64,000 nt of DNA from an uncultured bacterium (GTDB taxonomy: Bacteria; Chlamydiota; Chlamydiia; Chlamydiales; Rhabdochlamydiaceae). This document shows positions 37,190 through 46,365 of this stretch, one piece after another; position 1 is the stretch's first letter; the number at the start of each line of letters is the position of its first letter. The DNA lies in contig CAZOKX010000003.1 of the NCBI GenBank assembly GCA_964580785.1, positions 2,512-66,511 of the forward strand. The letters run 5' to 3'. The position numbers were made by a program, and so were the translations under genes. A model generated the notes under the pieces. The model saw nothing but the letters and a program-made list of their open reading frames with translations. It ran no database searches and was not told the origin of the DNA.

Positions 37190-37327
37190 TTAGTGGCAGC
37201 CTTTATGGTTGTCGTCATCCTTGTCTTTGCTTTTGTCTTTGCGTAGTCTCTTGATAAATGAGCCACCGCAACAGCCAAGCATGCAAACTGCTAGAACAAG
37301 TACTAAAATGATAGTTGTCCAATCCAC
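37190..37327 (-). CDS. ORF absent from the supplied track: 45-aa membrane peptide with Cys cluster (GTG start)
   Basis: Hand translation gives (M)DWTTIILVLVLAVCMLGCCGGSFIKRLRKDKSKDKDDDNHKGCH. Only a GTG start is available, and the Shine-Dalgarno is weak. Confidence 0.25.
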   Translation of the reverse strand: MDWTTIILVLVLAVCMLGCCGGSFIKRLRKDKSKDKDDDNHKGCH

Positions 37328-37374
37328 ACAGCACCCTTATTCTGGTCCGCCATTAATCTTATCGGTACAGGCTA

Positions 37375-39561
37375 TCATAATTTTTGTCTATTTAATCTCA
37401 GTGAATTCATAATCACAGATACGGAGCTTAGGGTCATCGCCGCGCTCGCAATAATGGGGCTCAGTAAAAGCCCAAATACTGGATAGAGTATCCCTGCCGC
37501 GATAGGAACTCCCAGAGTGTTGTAAATAAAAGCAAACCAGAGATTTTGCTTGATATTGCGCATTGTGGCATGGCTGAGTTTTCTTGCTCTTGTAATTCCT
37601 CTGAGGTCTCCTTTAACAAGAGTAATCCCTGCACTTTCAATGGCAATATCAGTCCCAGTGCCCATAGCGATGCCGACATTGGCTTGAGCTAGCGCTGGAG
37701 CATCATTGATGCCATCGCCAGCCATAGCTACAACCCGTCTCTCAGTTTGAAGACGTTTGATAATCCTGTTCTTATCCTCAGGTAATACCTCTGCTTCAAT
37801 TTCATCGATATCCAGCGCTTTTCCGACGGCTCTTGCTGTTGTCTTATTGTCCCCCGTTAGCATGACAATCCGAATGCCCTCTTTATGCAGCATTTCAATC
37901 GCTTCTTTTGTGGAGGCTTTAATGACATCTGAGACAGCAAGAATTCCGGCTAATTTCTCATCCATCGCTAGATATAAGACAGTTTGACCCTCCTGGCGAA
38001 AAGAGTCAGTTTTTTCTAAGGCGACACCCAAATCAATTTTTAGATCCGAGAGGAGCCTTTGATTGCCAATTGCTACCGTTTTTCCGCTTATTTTCCCAAC
38101 AATCCCTTTCCCTGTCACACTCTTAAAATCTTCTACAGGCAGTAAGGATACGCCTTTCTCTTTGGCCCTGGATACAATGGGAGTCCCTAATGGATGTTCA
38201 CTGGCGATTTCCAAGCTAGCGGCTACTTGAAGAAGTTCGTCCTCGCTTTTTTCCCCAAGACTCAAAATCGTTGTCAGTTTTGGTTTCCCTTCGCTTAGAG
38301 TTCCCGTTTTATCTACGACAACGGTGTTCACTTTAGACATCATCTCAAGAGCTTCCGCATTTTTGATTAAAATACCGGCCCTAGCCCCTTGACCCACACC
38401 AACCATAATGGACATGGGAGTCGCAAGACCCAGCGCACAGGGGCAAGCAATGATAAGAACCGCGACGGCGTTAATGAGCGCATGGGCAAAAGCAGGAGAT
38501 GGACCCACCAAACCCCAGATGATAAAAGTGATGATAGCTATAGCCACAACAACGGGGACAAAATAAGAAGACACTAGATCAGCAAGCTTCTGAATAGGCG
38601 CACGGCTCCGCTGTGCCTCGCTGACCATTTGAATAATCCTAGAGAGCAGAGTTTCACTGCCAACTTTTTCTGCCCGCATGATAAAACTTCCGCTACCATT
38701 CAAGGTAGCTCCTGTTACCTTGTCGCCAACATGTTTAGTGGCAGGGAAAGGTTCTCCAGTGATCATAGATTCGTCTATGGAGCTACTCCCTTCAAGGACG
38801 ACTCCATCCGTCGGGATTTTTTCGCCAGGTCTTACACGCAATGTATCGCCTTTTTTAACCTCCTCAAGCGGAATGTCTTTCTCACTTTTATCCTCTAAAA
38901 TCAGACGAGCTGTCTTAGGTGCTAAGTTCAGAAGCTCTCGAATCGCATGGCTTGTTCTATCTCTGGCCCGCAGCTCTAAAACCTGGCCTAAGAGAACTAA
39001 GACAGTGATCACACTAGCCGCTTCAAAATAGACGGGAATTTCATTGTTCTTGCTTTGAAAAGAGGGAGGAAAGATCGAGGGCCAGAATGCAGCAATCATG
39101 CTATAGAGGTAAGCAGCCCCTACACCAATGCTAATCAAGGCAAACATATTTAGATTGCGATGGATAACCGAACTCCAGCCGCGTGTGAAAAACGGCCATC
39201 CACCCCAGAGGACTATTGGAGTTGTAAGAGCTGCTTGAATCCAGATGTTAACAGTAGGCGAGAAGCCAAGAGAGAAGAGAGGCCCTACCATCGTAAAAAA
39301 TAAGATAGGCAATGTTAAGAAGAGACCAATCCAAAAACGCAGAGTCATTTCTTTTAGCTCTATATTTTCTTCTTTCTCTGCTGTAAAAATTTTGGGTTCT
39401 AAAGCCATTCCGCAGATAGGACAGCTTCCTGGTCCAGACTGTACAACTTGAGGATGCATGGGACAGGTGTATTCGGCAGGCCCATTATGAGGATTAGTGC
39501 TGTTTATTTTTTCAGAAGGGGAGCGATGAGAAGAAGAGCAACAGTTGGATTTTGATTTCAT
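37375..39561 (-). CDS. copA: Cu(I)/Ag(I)-type P1B ATPase
   Basis: 728 aa. N-terminal [26 protein letters not shown] metal-binding motif. TGEP, CPC ([12 protein letters not shown]), [11 protein letters not shown] and [10 protein letters not shown]. Confidence 0.85.
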   Translation of the reverse strand: MKSKSNCCSSSHRSPSEKINSTNPHNGPAEYTCPMHPQVVQSGPGSCPICGMALEPKIFTAEKEENIELKEMTLRFWIGLFLTLPILFFTMVGPLFSLGFSPTVNIWIQAALTTPIVLWGGWPFFTRGWSSVIHRNLNMFALISIGVGAAYLYSMIAAFWPSIFPPSFQSKNNEIPVYFEAASVITVLVLLGQVLELRARDRTSHAIRELLNLAPKTARLILEDKSEKDIPLEEVKKGDTLRVRPGEKIPTDGVVLEGSSSIDESMITGEPFPATKHVGDKVTGATLNGSGSFIMRAEKVGSETLLSRIIQMVSEAQRSRAPIQKLADLVSSYFVPVVVAIAIITFIIWGLVGPSPAFAHALINAVAVLIIACPCALGLATPMSIMVGVGQGARAGILIKNAEALEMMSKVNTVVVDKTGTLSEGKPKLTTILSLGEKSEDELLQVAASLEIASEHPLGTPIVSRAKEKGVSLLPVEDFKSVTGKGIVGKISGKTVAIGNQRLLSDLKIDLGVALEKTDSFRQEGQTVLYLAMDEKLAGILAVSDVIKASTKEAIEMLHKEGIRIVMLTGDNKTTARAVGKALDIDEIEAEVLPEDKNRIIKRLQTERRVVAMAGDGINDAPALAQANVGIAMGTGTDIAIESAGITLVKGDLRGITRARKLSHATMRNIKQNLWFAFIYNTLGVPIAAGILYPVFGLLLSPIIASAAMTLSSVSVIMNSLRLNRQKL

Positions 39562-39641
39562 GTCTTTGTATCTTTAAGAGCTTTTTTGTTTCTTTTCAGC
39601 TTCATTTTAAGCATTAAAATTTATAAGCTCTCTAACATTTG

Positions 39642-41474
39642 CTAAGCAACCTTGGTTAATCGAAAACTATGAAGAATCACGATCAGAGTGACTCCCACAT
39701 CGGCAAAAATCGCTAAAGCTAAATTACTCATCCCTGTTAAGGCCAGCAGAATAAAAATGAGCTTTATAGCAACAGCCAAAACAATATTTATTCGAATCGT
39801 CTGAAGGTTTTTTCTTCCTAAACGTATCAGAAAAGGCAGGCGGTTCAAATGGTCATTGAGAATGACAATCGAAGCAGCTTCTATAGCAGTGTCGCTTCCT
39901 AATTCACTCATGGTAATCCCTGCATTGGAGAGTGCTAAGGCGGGCGCATCATTGATTCCGTCTCCAACCATCGCGACCGTCGTGTATTTTGCTAAAAGCT
40001 CTTTTATCGCTTGAGCCTTATCCTCAGGAAGTAGATTCGCTTTGACATTTTCAATTCCTATCTTTTGAGCAACAGCAAGAGCAGATGTTTGATGGTCTCC
40101 CGTCAGCATGACAGGAGCGATCCCCATTTTTCTAATCTCTGCTATGACCTGTTTGCTTTCTGGCCGAATATTATCTTGCAGTCCAATAATGCCCTCGACT
40201 TCCTTGTGAGTACAAATCACAATCGCTGTTTTTCCTTCATCCTGTAATAAATTAATTTTTCGTATCACTTCATCTGAAACTCGATGCTCTTCTAAAATGA
40301 ATTCTAATTTTCCTATACAATGATGTTTGTCATCGCAAACCAAACAATCAGCCTGCGCCCCTTTACCCACTCTAATTTGAAAATTCTCTATAGGATGCAG
40401 AGTCAGATTTTCTTCTTGGGCCGCTTGCACGATGCTCTGCGCTAAAGGGTGCTCTGAGCGGCTTTCAATACCGGCTGCGCAACTTAAGAGGTGCTCTTTT
40501 GTCTGAGTGCCAAAAGGGATAACATCCGTGACGACTGGATTCCCAAATGTCAAAGTACGAGTTTTATCAAATGCAATGGCTTTGATCTTTCCCATGGCTT
40601 CGAGATACTTTCCGCCTTTTATCAAGATGCCTTTTTTAGCGGCGTTCCCAATAGCAGAATAGATAGAAACAGGAGTTGAAATCACTAAAGCACAGGGGCA
40701 TGCAATCACAAGAAGAGAAAGCGATTCTTGCAAACTCTGTTGAAAAGGTACCGAGAAAAAGTAAGGAGGGACAACCAACCAAACAAAAGCCAAAGCGACA
40801 ACAGCTGGCGTGTAGTAAGAAGAAAATACTTCAATGAACCTGTGAGTTTGAGCTTTTTGCTGAAATGCCTGCAAGGTGATTTCTTGAATTTTTGCTAAAG
40901 TAGTATTTTTAGCCAACTTTGTCACTTTGACTTCGATATATCCTTGCTTGTTTAAGGTTCCTGCAAAGACCGAGTCTCCTGCCATCTTATCTTTTGGAAT
41001 GGGTTCTCCTGTGATTGCTGCCTCATCCACAGCAGTAAACCCTGTGGTTAAAACGCCGTCCATAGGAATCATTTCCCCAGGCTTGACGATGATCACATCA
41101 TCGATATTGACTTCTTCAACTGAGACAGCACGACCAAGTTTTTTAATAAATGCAGTTTTGGGCATCCTTTCGGCCAAAGAACTCAGAGCTGCTCTGCTTG
41201 TTTCGATGCCATATTCTTCTAATTTTTCAGCAAGATTAAATAAGACAATGACGATAGCGGCTTCGATATACTTCTCTAGATAAAAAGCACCCACTGAAGC
41301 GATAACTATTAATAAATTTATGCTTTTAAAATTTAGGTGGAATAAAGCCTTCAACCCATCAACAATAGTTCTATGGCCTATCAAAAGAATGATCAGGAAG
41401 AAAAAAGGAAAAGCAAAGACAGTCGGGAAGTGGAAGCCCGAAAGGGATAAAGCCTCAAATATTCCGACGACCAA
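39642..41474 (-). CDS. Second P1B-type heavy-metal ATPase lacking an N-terminal metal-binding domain; non-canonical DKTRT phosphorylation motif
   Basis: 610 aa. TGEP, CPC (IACPCALVISTP), SEHPL and [10 protein letters not shown]. Reads FDKTRTLT instead of DKTGT (the Arg codon cgt is the complement of 40558-40560). Confidence 0.75.
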   Translation of the reverse strand: MVVGIFEALSLSGFHFPTVFAFPFFFLIILLIGHRTIVDGLKALFHLNFKSINLLIVIASVGAFYLEKYIEAAIVIVLFNLAEKLEEYGIETSRAALSSLAERMPKTAFIKKLGRAVSVEEVNIDDVIIVKPGEMIPMDGVLTTGFTAVDEAAITGEPIPKDKMAGDSVFAGTLNKQGYIEVKVTKLAKNTTLAKIQEITLQAFQQKAQTHRFIEVFSSYYTPAVVALAFVWLVVPPYFFSVPFQQSLQESLSLLVIACPCALVISTPVSIYSAIGNAAKKGILIKGGKYLEAMGKIKAIAFDKTRTLTFGNPVVTDVIPFGTQTKEHLLSCAAGIESRSEHPLAQSIVQAAQEENLTLHPIENFQIRVGKGAQADCLVCDDKHHCIGKLEFILEEHRVSDEVIRKINLLQDEGKTAIVICTHKEVEGIIGLQDNIRPESKQVIAEIRKMGIAPVMLTGDHQTSALAVAQKIGIENVKANLLPEDKAQAIKELLAKYTTVAMVGDGINDAPALALSNAGITMSELGSDTAIEAASIVILNDHLNRLPFLIRLGRKNLQTIRINIVLAVAIKLIFILLALTGMSNLALAIFADVGVTLIVILHSFRLTKVA

Positions 41475-41551
41475 TAAAGAAAATATCAGCCAACGAAATT
41501 TACTATCTTTAGTAAGTTTTATAGGAGACTCCGAGATGGTTGTTAGTCTAT

Positions 41552-41881
41552 TTATTTCTTGTTTTTAGAGACCATTTCAACTGCTTGGTCAGGAGTCATA
41601 TTCATGCCCTTTTGACTGGCCATTTGCATCGCTTGCTCTCGCTGCGCGTCGTTAAATTCTTCGCAAAACGTCTTTAAATTTTTATCATTCAGCTTATCGG
41701 AAAATCTTTTTGTCTCTTCTGAAAAGTTTTGACACTCTTTTTTATAATGATGCCTTTCATAGGGAGCATCCTTTCCAGCCGCTACTATCCCGCCCAAGTC
41801 TTGAGTATTTTCCGCATGTACAGAGCCAAAGCAACCAAAACAGACCATCGCGAGGGAGCCTACGATCTTTTGCATTTTCAT
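41552..41881 (-). CDS. Small secreted hypothetical protein in the metal island
   Basis: The track ORF runs to 41977; I prefer the start MKMQKIVGSLAMVCFGCFGSVHA (signal peptide) at 41881. The upstream extension overlaps the Cys-rich peptide ORF. Confidence 0.5.
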   Translation of the reverse strand: MKMQKIVGSLAMVCFGCFGSVHAENTQDLGGIVAAGKDAPYERHHYKKECQNFSEETKRFSDKLNDKNLKTFCEEFNDAQREQAMQMASQKGMNMTPDQAVEMVSKNKK

Positions 41882-41900
41882 TTTAAATCCTATGAGCTTT

Positions 41901-42038
41901 TCATTTACATGAAGGGCAATGGCATTCAGCACAAGTGCATTTTTCGGCTGATCCTTTGCAACCGCAGTCTCCAGCAAAGGCAGAAGAAATGAGCCCCAGA
42001 GTACATACTGCCATAAAGGTTAAGAAAATCTTTTTCAT
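41901..42038 (-). CDS. ORF absent from the supplied track: 45-aa secreted Cys-rich, metallothionein-like peptide
   Basis: Hand translation gives MKKIFLTFMAVCTLGLISSAFAGDCGCKGSAEKCTCAECHCPSCK. An AAGGAG Shine-Dalgarno lies 6 nt upstream. 7 Cys and 1 His in the 23-aa predicted mature part. Confidence 0.5.
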   Translation of the reverse strand: MKKIFLTFMAVCTLGLISSAFAGDCGCKGSAEKCTCAECHCPSCK

Positions 42039-42209
42039 ACGACGCTCCTTGAATTGGTTATAAAGATAAGTTTTTCTTCAAAATATGAGTTTTCTATTTT
42101 TTGTACAAGGTGCAATTGTCGGAACCGCAGAATACTGAAAATGCAATTTTAAAGAAATTGTTTTACCTATTCTCTTGTTTTTCTCTCGGATTTTCGATAT
42201 GGGAAAAGT

Positions 42210-43577
42210 ATGAACAAGCTCATTTTAAGCCCTTTCATTTGCTGCGCTCTTTTTCTTGCCGGATGTTCCGTTCGGTCGAGCGATTCCTCCTTTGAGACAG
42301 TTCGCGGAGTGATTGAAGAGCGGATTCCAGAAAAGATCGTTTGGCGCGAAGGAGCTCATGAAATTAAGACACAACTTCTGCAAGAGATTCAACAAGAAGG
42401 GCTAACCCAAGAAAAAGCAGTTCAACTCGCGTTGATTAATAATCCTGATTTATTTGCTTATTATGAAAACCTCGAGCTTGGATATGCAGATCTTCTTGAA
42501 GCAGGGCTGATGCAAAATCCCTTCTTTAGCGCTAGCGTCCGATTTCCTAGTCAATCAGGCTATCGTTTAAATAACTTATTTGATGCAGCTATCAGCTTTT
42601 TGGATCTTTTTCTCATCCCACTTCGCAAAAGAGCTGCCGAAGCTGAAATTAAAGTCATTGAAGCTGAAATTGGGCAAAGAGTTCTCGATCTTGTCAAGGA
42701 AGTGCAGATTCATTGGCTTGAGCTAAAAACCCTAGAAGTTCAGTTAAAGGAAGAAGGAAAACGCATAGAGTTGAAGCAGATGGCAGCAGCGTTGGCAGAT
42801 CTTCAATACAAGGCTGGGAATATCAATGCACTCACGGCAAGAACCCGAGAAATTGACTATCAAAATGCTGTAGAAAACCTCAAAGGGTTGGATGCTGACC
42901 TAGAATCTGCACGAGAAAAAATGAATAGGGCCTTAGGTCTCTTTGGGAAAGAGGCCTTTTGGAAAATTACTGGGGAGCTCGATGGAAATAAAGAACCCAA
43001 TCTACCCGATTTATATCAAATGGAGCAGGCAGCCGTAGAAAACCGGCTCGATATCGAGGCTGTCCGGCGAGAGGTTCATGCCATTGCGCAAAGAGCAAAG
43101 CTAAAAGCTTGGTGGACCTATGCTAACCTTTTGGTGGGAGTTTCTTCAGAGATGCAGCCAGAAGGATTTACAACGACAGGGCCTTCGATCGATCTTCAAA
43201 TTCCTATTTTCAACCACGGTCAAGGCGAAAAAAAGAGATACAATGCACAGTTAGAACAAGCACAAAAAAGGCTTCTCTCTAAAGCCGTACAAGCTTGTTC
43301 TGAGGTGAGAGAATTTTTTAAGACCGCTAGTAAATATCGATCCCAACTAGAAGATTTAGAAGTGAGAATCCTTCCCAACCTTGAGAAACAGATCATCGCT
43401 GGGCAGACTCACTACAATGTCATGACACTCGGAAGCTATGCCTTGCTTGATCTTAAAGAAAATGAAATTCAAGCAACCATTGAGCATGTACAGGCGCTAA
43501 AGCACTATAAAAAGGCAAGGATTGAGCTCCTTCATGCAGTAGGTGGATCATTTGCTCTTGTGAGGAAACAGGAATGA
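42210..43577 (+). CDS. TolC/OEP-family outer-membrane efflux lipoprotein
   Basis: 455 aa. Lipobox LFLAGCS. LTQEKAVQLALINNPDL, a typical OEP N-terminal motif. Two coiled-coil-rich halves. Confidence 0.8.
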   Translation: MNKLILSPFICCALFLAGCSVRSSDSSFETVRGVIEERIPEKIVWREGAHEIKTQLLQEIQQEGLTQEKAVQLALINNPDLFAYYENLELGYADLLEAGLMQNPFFSASVRFPSQSGYRLNNLFDAAISFLDLFLIPLRKRAAEAEIKVIEAEIGQRVLDLVKEVQIHWLELKTLEVQLKEEGKRIELKQMAAALADLQYKAGNINALTARTREIDYQNAVENLKGLDADLESAREKMNRALGLFGKEAFWKITGELDGNKEPNLPDLYQMEQAAVENRLDIEAVRREVHAIAQRAKLKAWWTYANLLVGVSSEMQPEGFTTTGPSIDLQIPIFNHGQGEKKRYNAQLEQAQKRLLSKAVQACSEVREFFKTASKYRSQLEDLEVRILPNLEKQIIAGQTHYNVMTLGSYALLDLKENEIQATIEHVQALKHYKKARIELLHAVGGSFALVRKQE

Positions 43578-45361
43578 GGTATCTGCTGCTGCTCTTAGTA
43601 GTGCTTTTTGGATGTAGTAAACAAGAAAAGAACTCTGTCATCACCCCGAATACTACTAAACTTCCTTGGATCATTGAGGATGGAGTCAAAGTCTTTCACC
43701 TGATTGCAGAGCCAGTCAAGCAGGAGTTTGCACCTGGACTCATTGTTAACTGCTGGGGGTACAATGGAAGCACTCCAGGGCCAACTATTGAAGCAACGGA
43801 AGGAGAGAGGGTACGCATCTTAGTCACGAACCATCTACCAGAGCCTACCACCGTTCATTGGCATGGAATTCTTGTTCCAAACAGCATGGATGGAGTGACA
43901 GGTCTCAATCAAGCTCCGATTCCTCCTGGGGAAACTTTTACCTATGAGTTTACTTTAAAGCAGCATGGCACCTATATGTACCATCCCCACTTTGACGAAA
44001 TGACCCAGATAGGAATGGGCATGATGGGCTTCTTTATCATTCATCCCAAAGAACCTTCATCTCAGCCTGTCGATAGGGACTTTGCGATCTTTGTCCATGA
44101 ATGGTACATCCCCTCTGGAGCATCGACTCCCGATCCGATGGTGATGCTCGATTTCAATTATTTCACTTTTAATGGGCGCATTTATCCAGGTACAGACCCA
44201 CTTGTTGTGAAAAAAGGGGAACGGGTGAGGATTCGCTTTGCCAACTTAAGCATGGATAACCACCCCATCCATTTACATGGCTTTGCTTTTACTGTCACAG
44301 GATCTGGAGGATGGACGCTACCTAAAAGCGCTCAATATTTAGGAAATACGATCGACGTAGTTGTCGGCAACACCCATGACATTGAATTTGTAGCCGATGA
44401 ACCTGGCGATTGGGCTCTTCATTGCCATAAGACGCATCATACCATGAGCGGAATGGAGCATAACATTCCCAATATGATCGGTGTCGATCAGGGAGAATGG
44501 GCAGATAAGATCCAAAAAGTCCTTCCCGACTATATGCCGATGGGAGAGACGGGGATGGGCGAGATGTTTGAGATGAGCTGGCATGTGAAAAGGCCTCCTA
44601 ATTTTCTGCCCTATAGCTCTCCTGGTCCTTTTGGGCTTATTGACATGAGTGGCATGTTTACTGTCGTAAAAGTACGGGAAGGAATTACCAATTATAATGA
44701 TCCAGGCTGGTATGCAGAGCCATCTTCCCCTGTACAGCAAGAGACTCCATCTAAAATGCAGCACGGTCAGATGAAAATGGATGGCATGTTGCAACAGGAT
44801 GAATCTTCAAAGCAAGACATGCCAGCAGAAATGAAAATGGACTCTACCCAGATGAATCAGGAAATGACCCATCCAGATCATATGGCAGGTGGACATACGC
44901 ATAATACGGGGGCATTTGAGATAGGAGATCTCCATCCGGTTCTTCTTCATTTTCCGATTGTTCTTTTCTTTATGGTTTTTGCGTTTGATTGCCTATTTCT
45001 TATCGGAAAAATCAAAGAACCTTACCACAGTGTCTCCCACTGGACCGTTATCGTTGCTGCGGCGTTTGCAATCCTTACTGTCATTACAGGTCTATATGCA
45101 GCTAAATTAGGCCATCCAGGCAATGCTTATGTTATTTTGCATAGAAATTGGGCTCTAGGCACGTTGGCCTATAGCATAGGGCACGCAGTTTTTAGAGGCT
45201 ATGTCATCAAGAGCAAGAAGGTCTTTTCAGCATGGGTCTTCGTGTTGATTAGCTTAATCAATGTAAGCTTGATAGGTGTCACGGCAGAGTACGGGGGATT
45301 GGTCACTCGAGGAAAAAGCCTTTGGATGCACTATCTATATCAAGGAAATAAGAAATCATAG
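43574..45361 (+). CDS. Multicopper oxidase (CopA/PcoA-like) fused to a Met/His-rich linker and a C-terminal 4-TM domain
   Basis: 595 aa. Copper-site motifs HWHG, HPH, HLHG and HCHKTHHTMSGM. Linker MQHGQMKMDGM…EMKMDSTQMNQEMTHPDHMAGGHTH. Four hydrophobic helices at the C-terminus. Confidence 0.8.
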   Translation: MRYLLLLLVVLFGCSKQEKNSVITPNTTKLPWIIEDGVKVFHLIAEPVKQEFAPGLIVNCWGYNGSTPGPTIEATEGERVRILVTNHLPEPTTVHWHGILVPNSMDGVTGLNQAPIPPGETFTYEFTLKQHGTYMYHPHFDEMTQIGMGMMGFFIIHPKEPSSQPVDRDFAIFVHEWYIPSGASTPDPMVMLDFNYFTFNGRIYPGTDPLVVKKGERVRIRFANLSMDNHPIHLHGFAFTVTGSGGWTLPKSAQYLGNTIDVVVGNTHDIEFVADEPGDWALHCHKTHHTMSGMEHNIPNMIGVDQGEWADKIQKVLPDYMPMGETGMGEMFEMSWHVKRPPNFLPYSSPGPFGLIDMSGMFTVVKVREGITNYNDPGWYAEPSSPVQQETPSKMQHGQMKMDGMLQQDESSKQDMPAEMKMDSTQMNQEMTHPDHMAGGHTHNTGAFEIGDLHPVLLHFPIVLFFMVFAFDCLFLIGKIKEPYHSVSHWTVIVAAAFAILTVITGLYAAKLGHPGNAYVILHRNWALGTLAYSIGHAVFRGYVIKSKKVFSAWVFVLISLINVSLIGVTAEYGGLVTRGKSLWMHYLYQGNKKS

Positions 45362-45526
45362 AAGCTGCATGCGACACAGCACAATCCTTTTTAATGGGCT
45401 GAAATTTAATAGCTTATGATGTTTGACAAATATGGAGACAGCTGCTTCCCTAATTTAAAGATATGGGCTTGTGTTCATCCGCCAGCTTATTGAAGTTAAA
45501 CGCAGCGGATCAACACAACTTCTTAG

Positions 45527-45826
45527 CTAGGTGTTGTTTTTGAGTGCAGATTTCTTTTTCCAGTAAATGAATAGGCAAGAGCTTCCTACAAGAGCGAATG
45601 TAGCTGAGATAAGATACGGATTCATCGGAGGGGGAGCTTCTTCCATTTCCAGCAGAATTTCATCAAACTCTTCTTCCTCCTCAGGGAAAAAGTCCCAGAT
45701 CAGTGTAATTGCAGCAAAACTTATCAGAATATAGCCAATAAATTTTAGGCGCTTATTCAGTGTTCTTTCGGTCTCGGGTTGTTTTGCCGCTGGCTTCAAT
45801 TTGCTTCCTTCTTGGATGCAGATCAC
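45527..45826 (-). CDS. Hypothetical 2-TM membrane protein
   Basis: 99-aa ORF with two hydrophobic helices flanking an acidic EEEEEFDEILLEMEE segment. Confidence 0.35.
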   Translation of the reverse strand: MICIQEGSKLKPAAKQPETERTLNKRLKFIGYILISFAAITLIWDFFPEEEEEFDEILLEMEEAPPPMNPYLISATFALVGSSCLFIYWKKKSALKNNT

Positions 45827-46050
45827 CCATCAGCTTCCGCATAACCAATTTAAAGTTTCCTTGCAAGGAGGTAAGTCGTTGATATGCCTTGAGTTTCAGT
45901 TAAAAATTTACTTTATAACTAATTGAGCAGAAAATCGACTAATTTACGAATTGCTGCTCGATATTCCTTAACCCAGTCAAACATATCTAATTTAATATCA
46001 AAGGGTTTTGAAAATATGGGAGTATCCGCCGCGTTTGCGATGCTTAAACA

Positions 46051-46086
46051 CGGCGGATAAATTGCAACAATCCATTTTATCCGCCG
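46051..46086. repeat. Perfect 11-bp inverted repeat CGGCGGATAAA / TTTATCCGCCG with a 14-nt spacer
   Basis: Read directly. A third TATCCGCCG copy lies at 46023-46031. Confidence 0.6.
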
Positions 46087-46159
46087 GTTTGGCAAAAGCA
46101 TGCATTGAAATAATTAGTTCATCTTGCAAATCACCATTTTTTTAATCCCTTTTCAAGAG

Positions 46160-46320
46160 TTCGTCCCTCATAAAGCGGCCGTAAATCGACATTTTGCTTT
46201 TTGTTGATGCTTTTTTATGTCCAAAAATTGGGCCGCAAATCATCAAATGACTATTTGCAGCCGCTTTTTTCATGTCAAAGATTAGGCCGTAAATATGCAA
46301 ATGCATATTTACAGATTGAA
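46160..46320 (+). repeat. About 3 tandem copies of a ~54-bp repeat upstream of the ATPase gene
   Basis: The GGCCG(T/C)AAAT core starts at 46177, 46231 and 46285 (spacing 54 and 54). Units 2 and 3 align along most of their length (TTTTTTATGTCCAAAAATTGGGCCGCAAAT… / TTTTTTCATGTCAAAGATTAGGCCGTAAAT…). Confidence 0.6.
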
Positions 46321-46365
46321 ATCCTAGAGGATAACCTGTATGATAGGATTAAAAACGGAGCAACT

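Noticed and set aside
45919-46101. 60-aa minus-strand ORF (MLLPNRRIKW…)
   Set aside because: It spans the 46051-46086 palindrome and has no motif or ribosome-binding site. It is more likely non-coding DNA containing a structured repeat, though a remnant of a disrupted gene cannot be excluded.
46201-46365. N-terminal 55 codons of track ORF 46201-47799
   Set aside because: The peptide (…QKLGRKSSNDYLQ…QRLGRKYANAYLQ…) is a translation of the 54-bp tandem DNA repeats. A well-placed ATG with GGAG lies at 46366, immediately before the conserved ATPase N-terminus.
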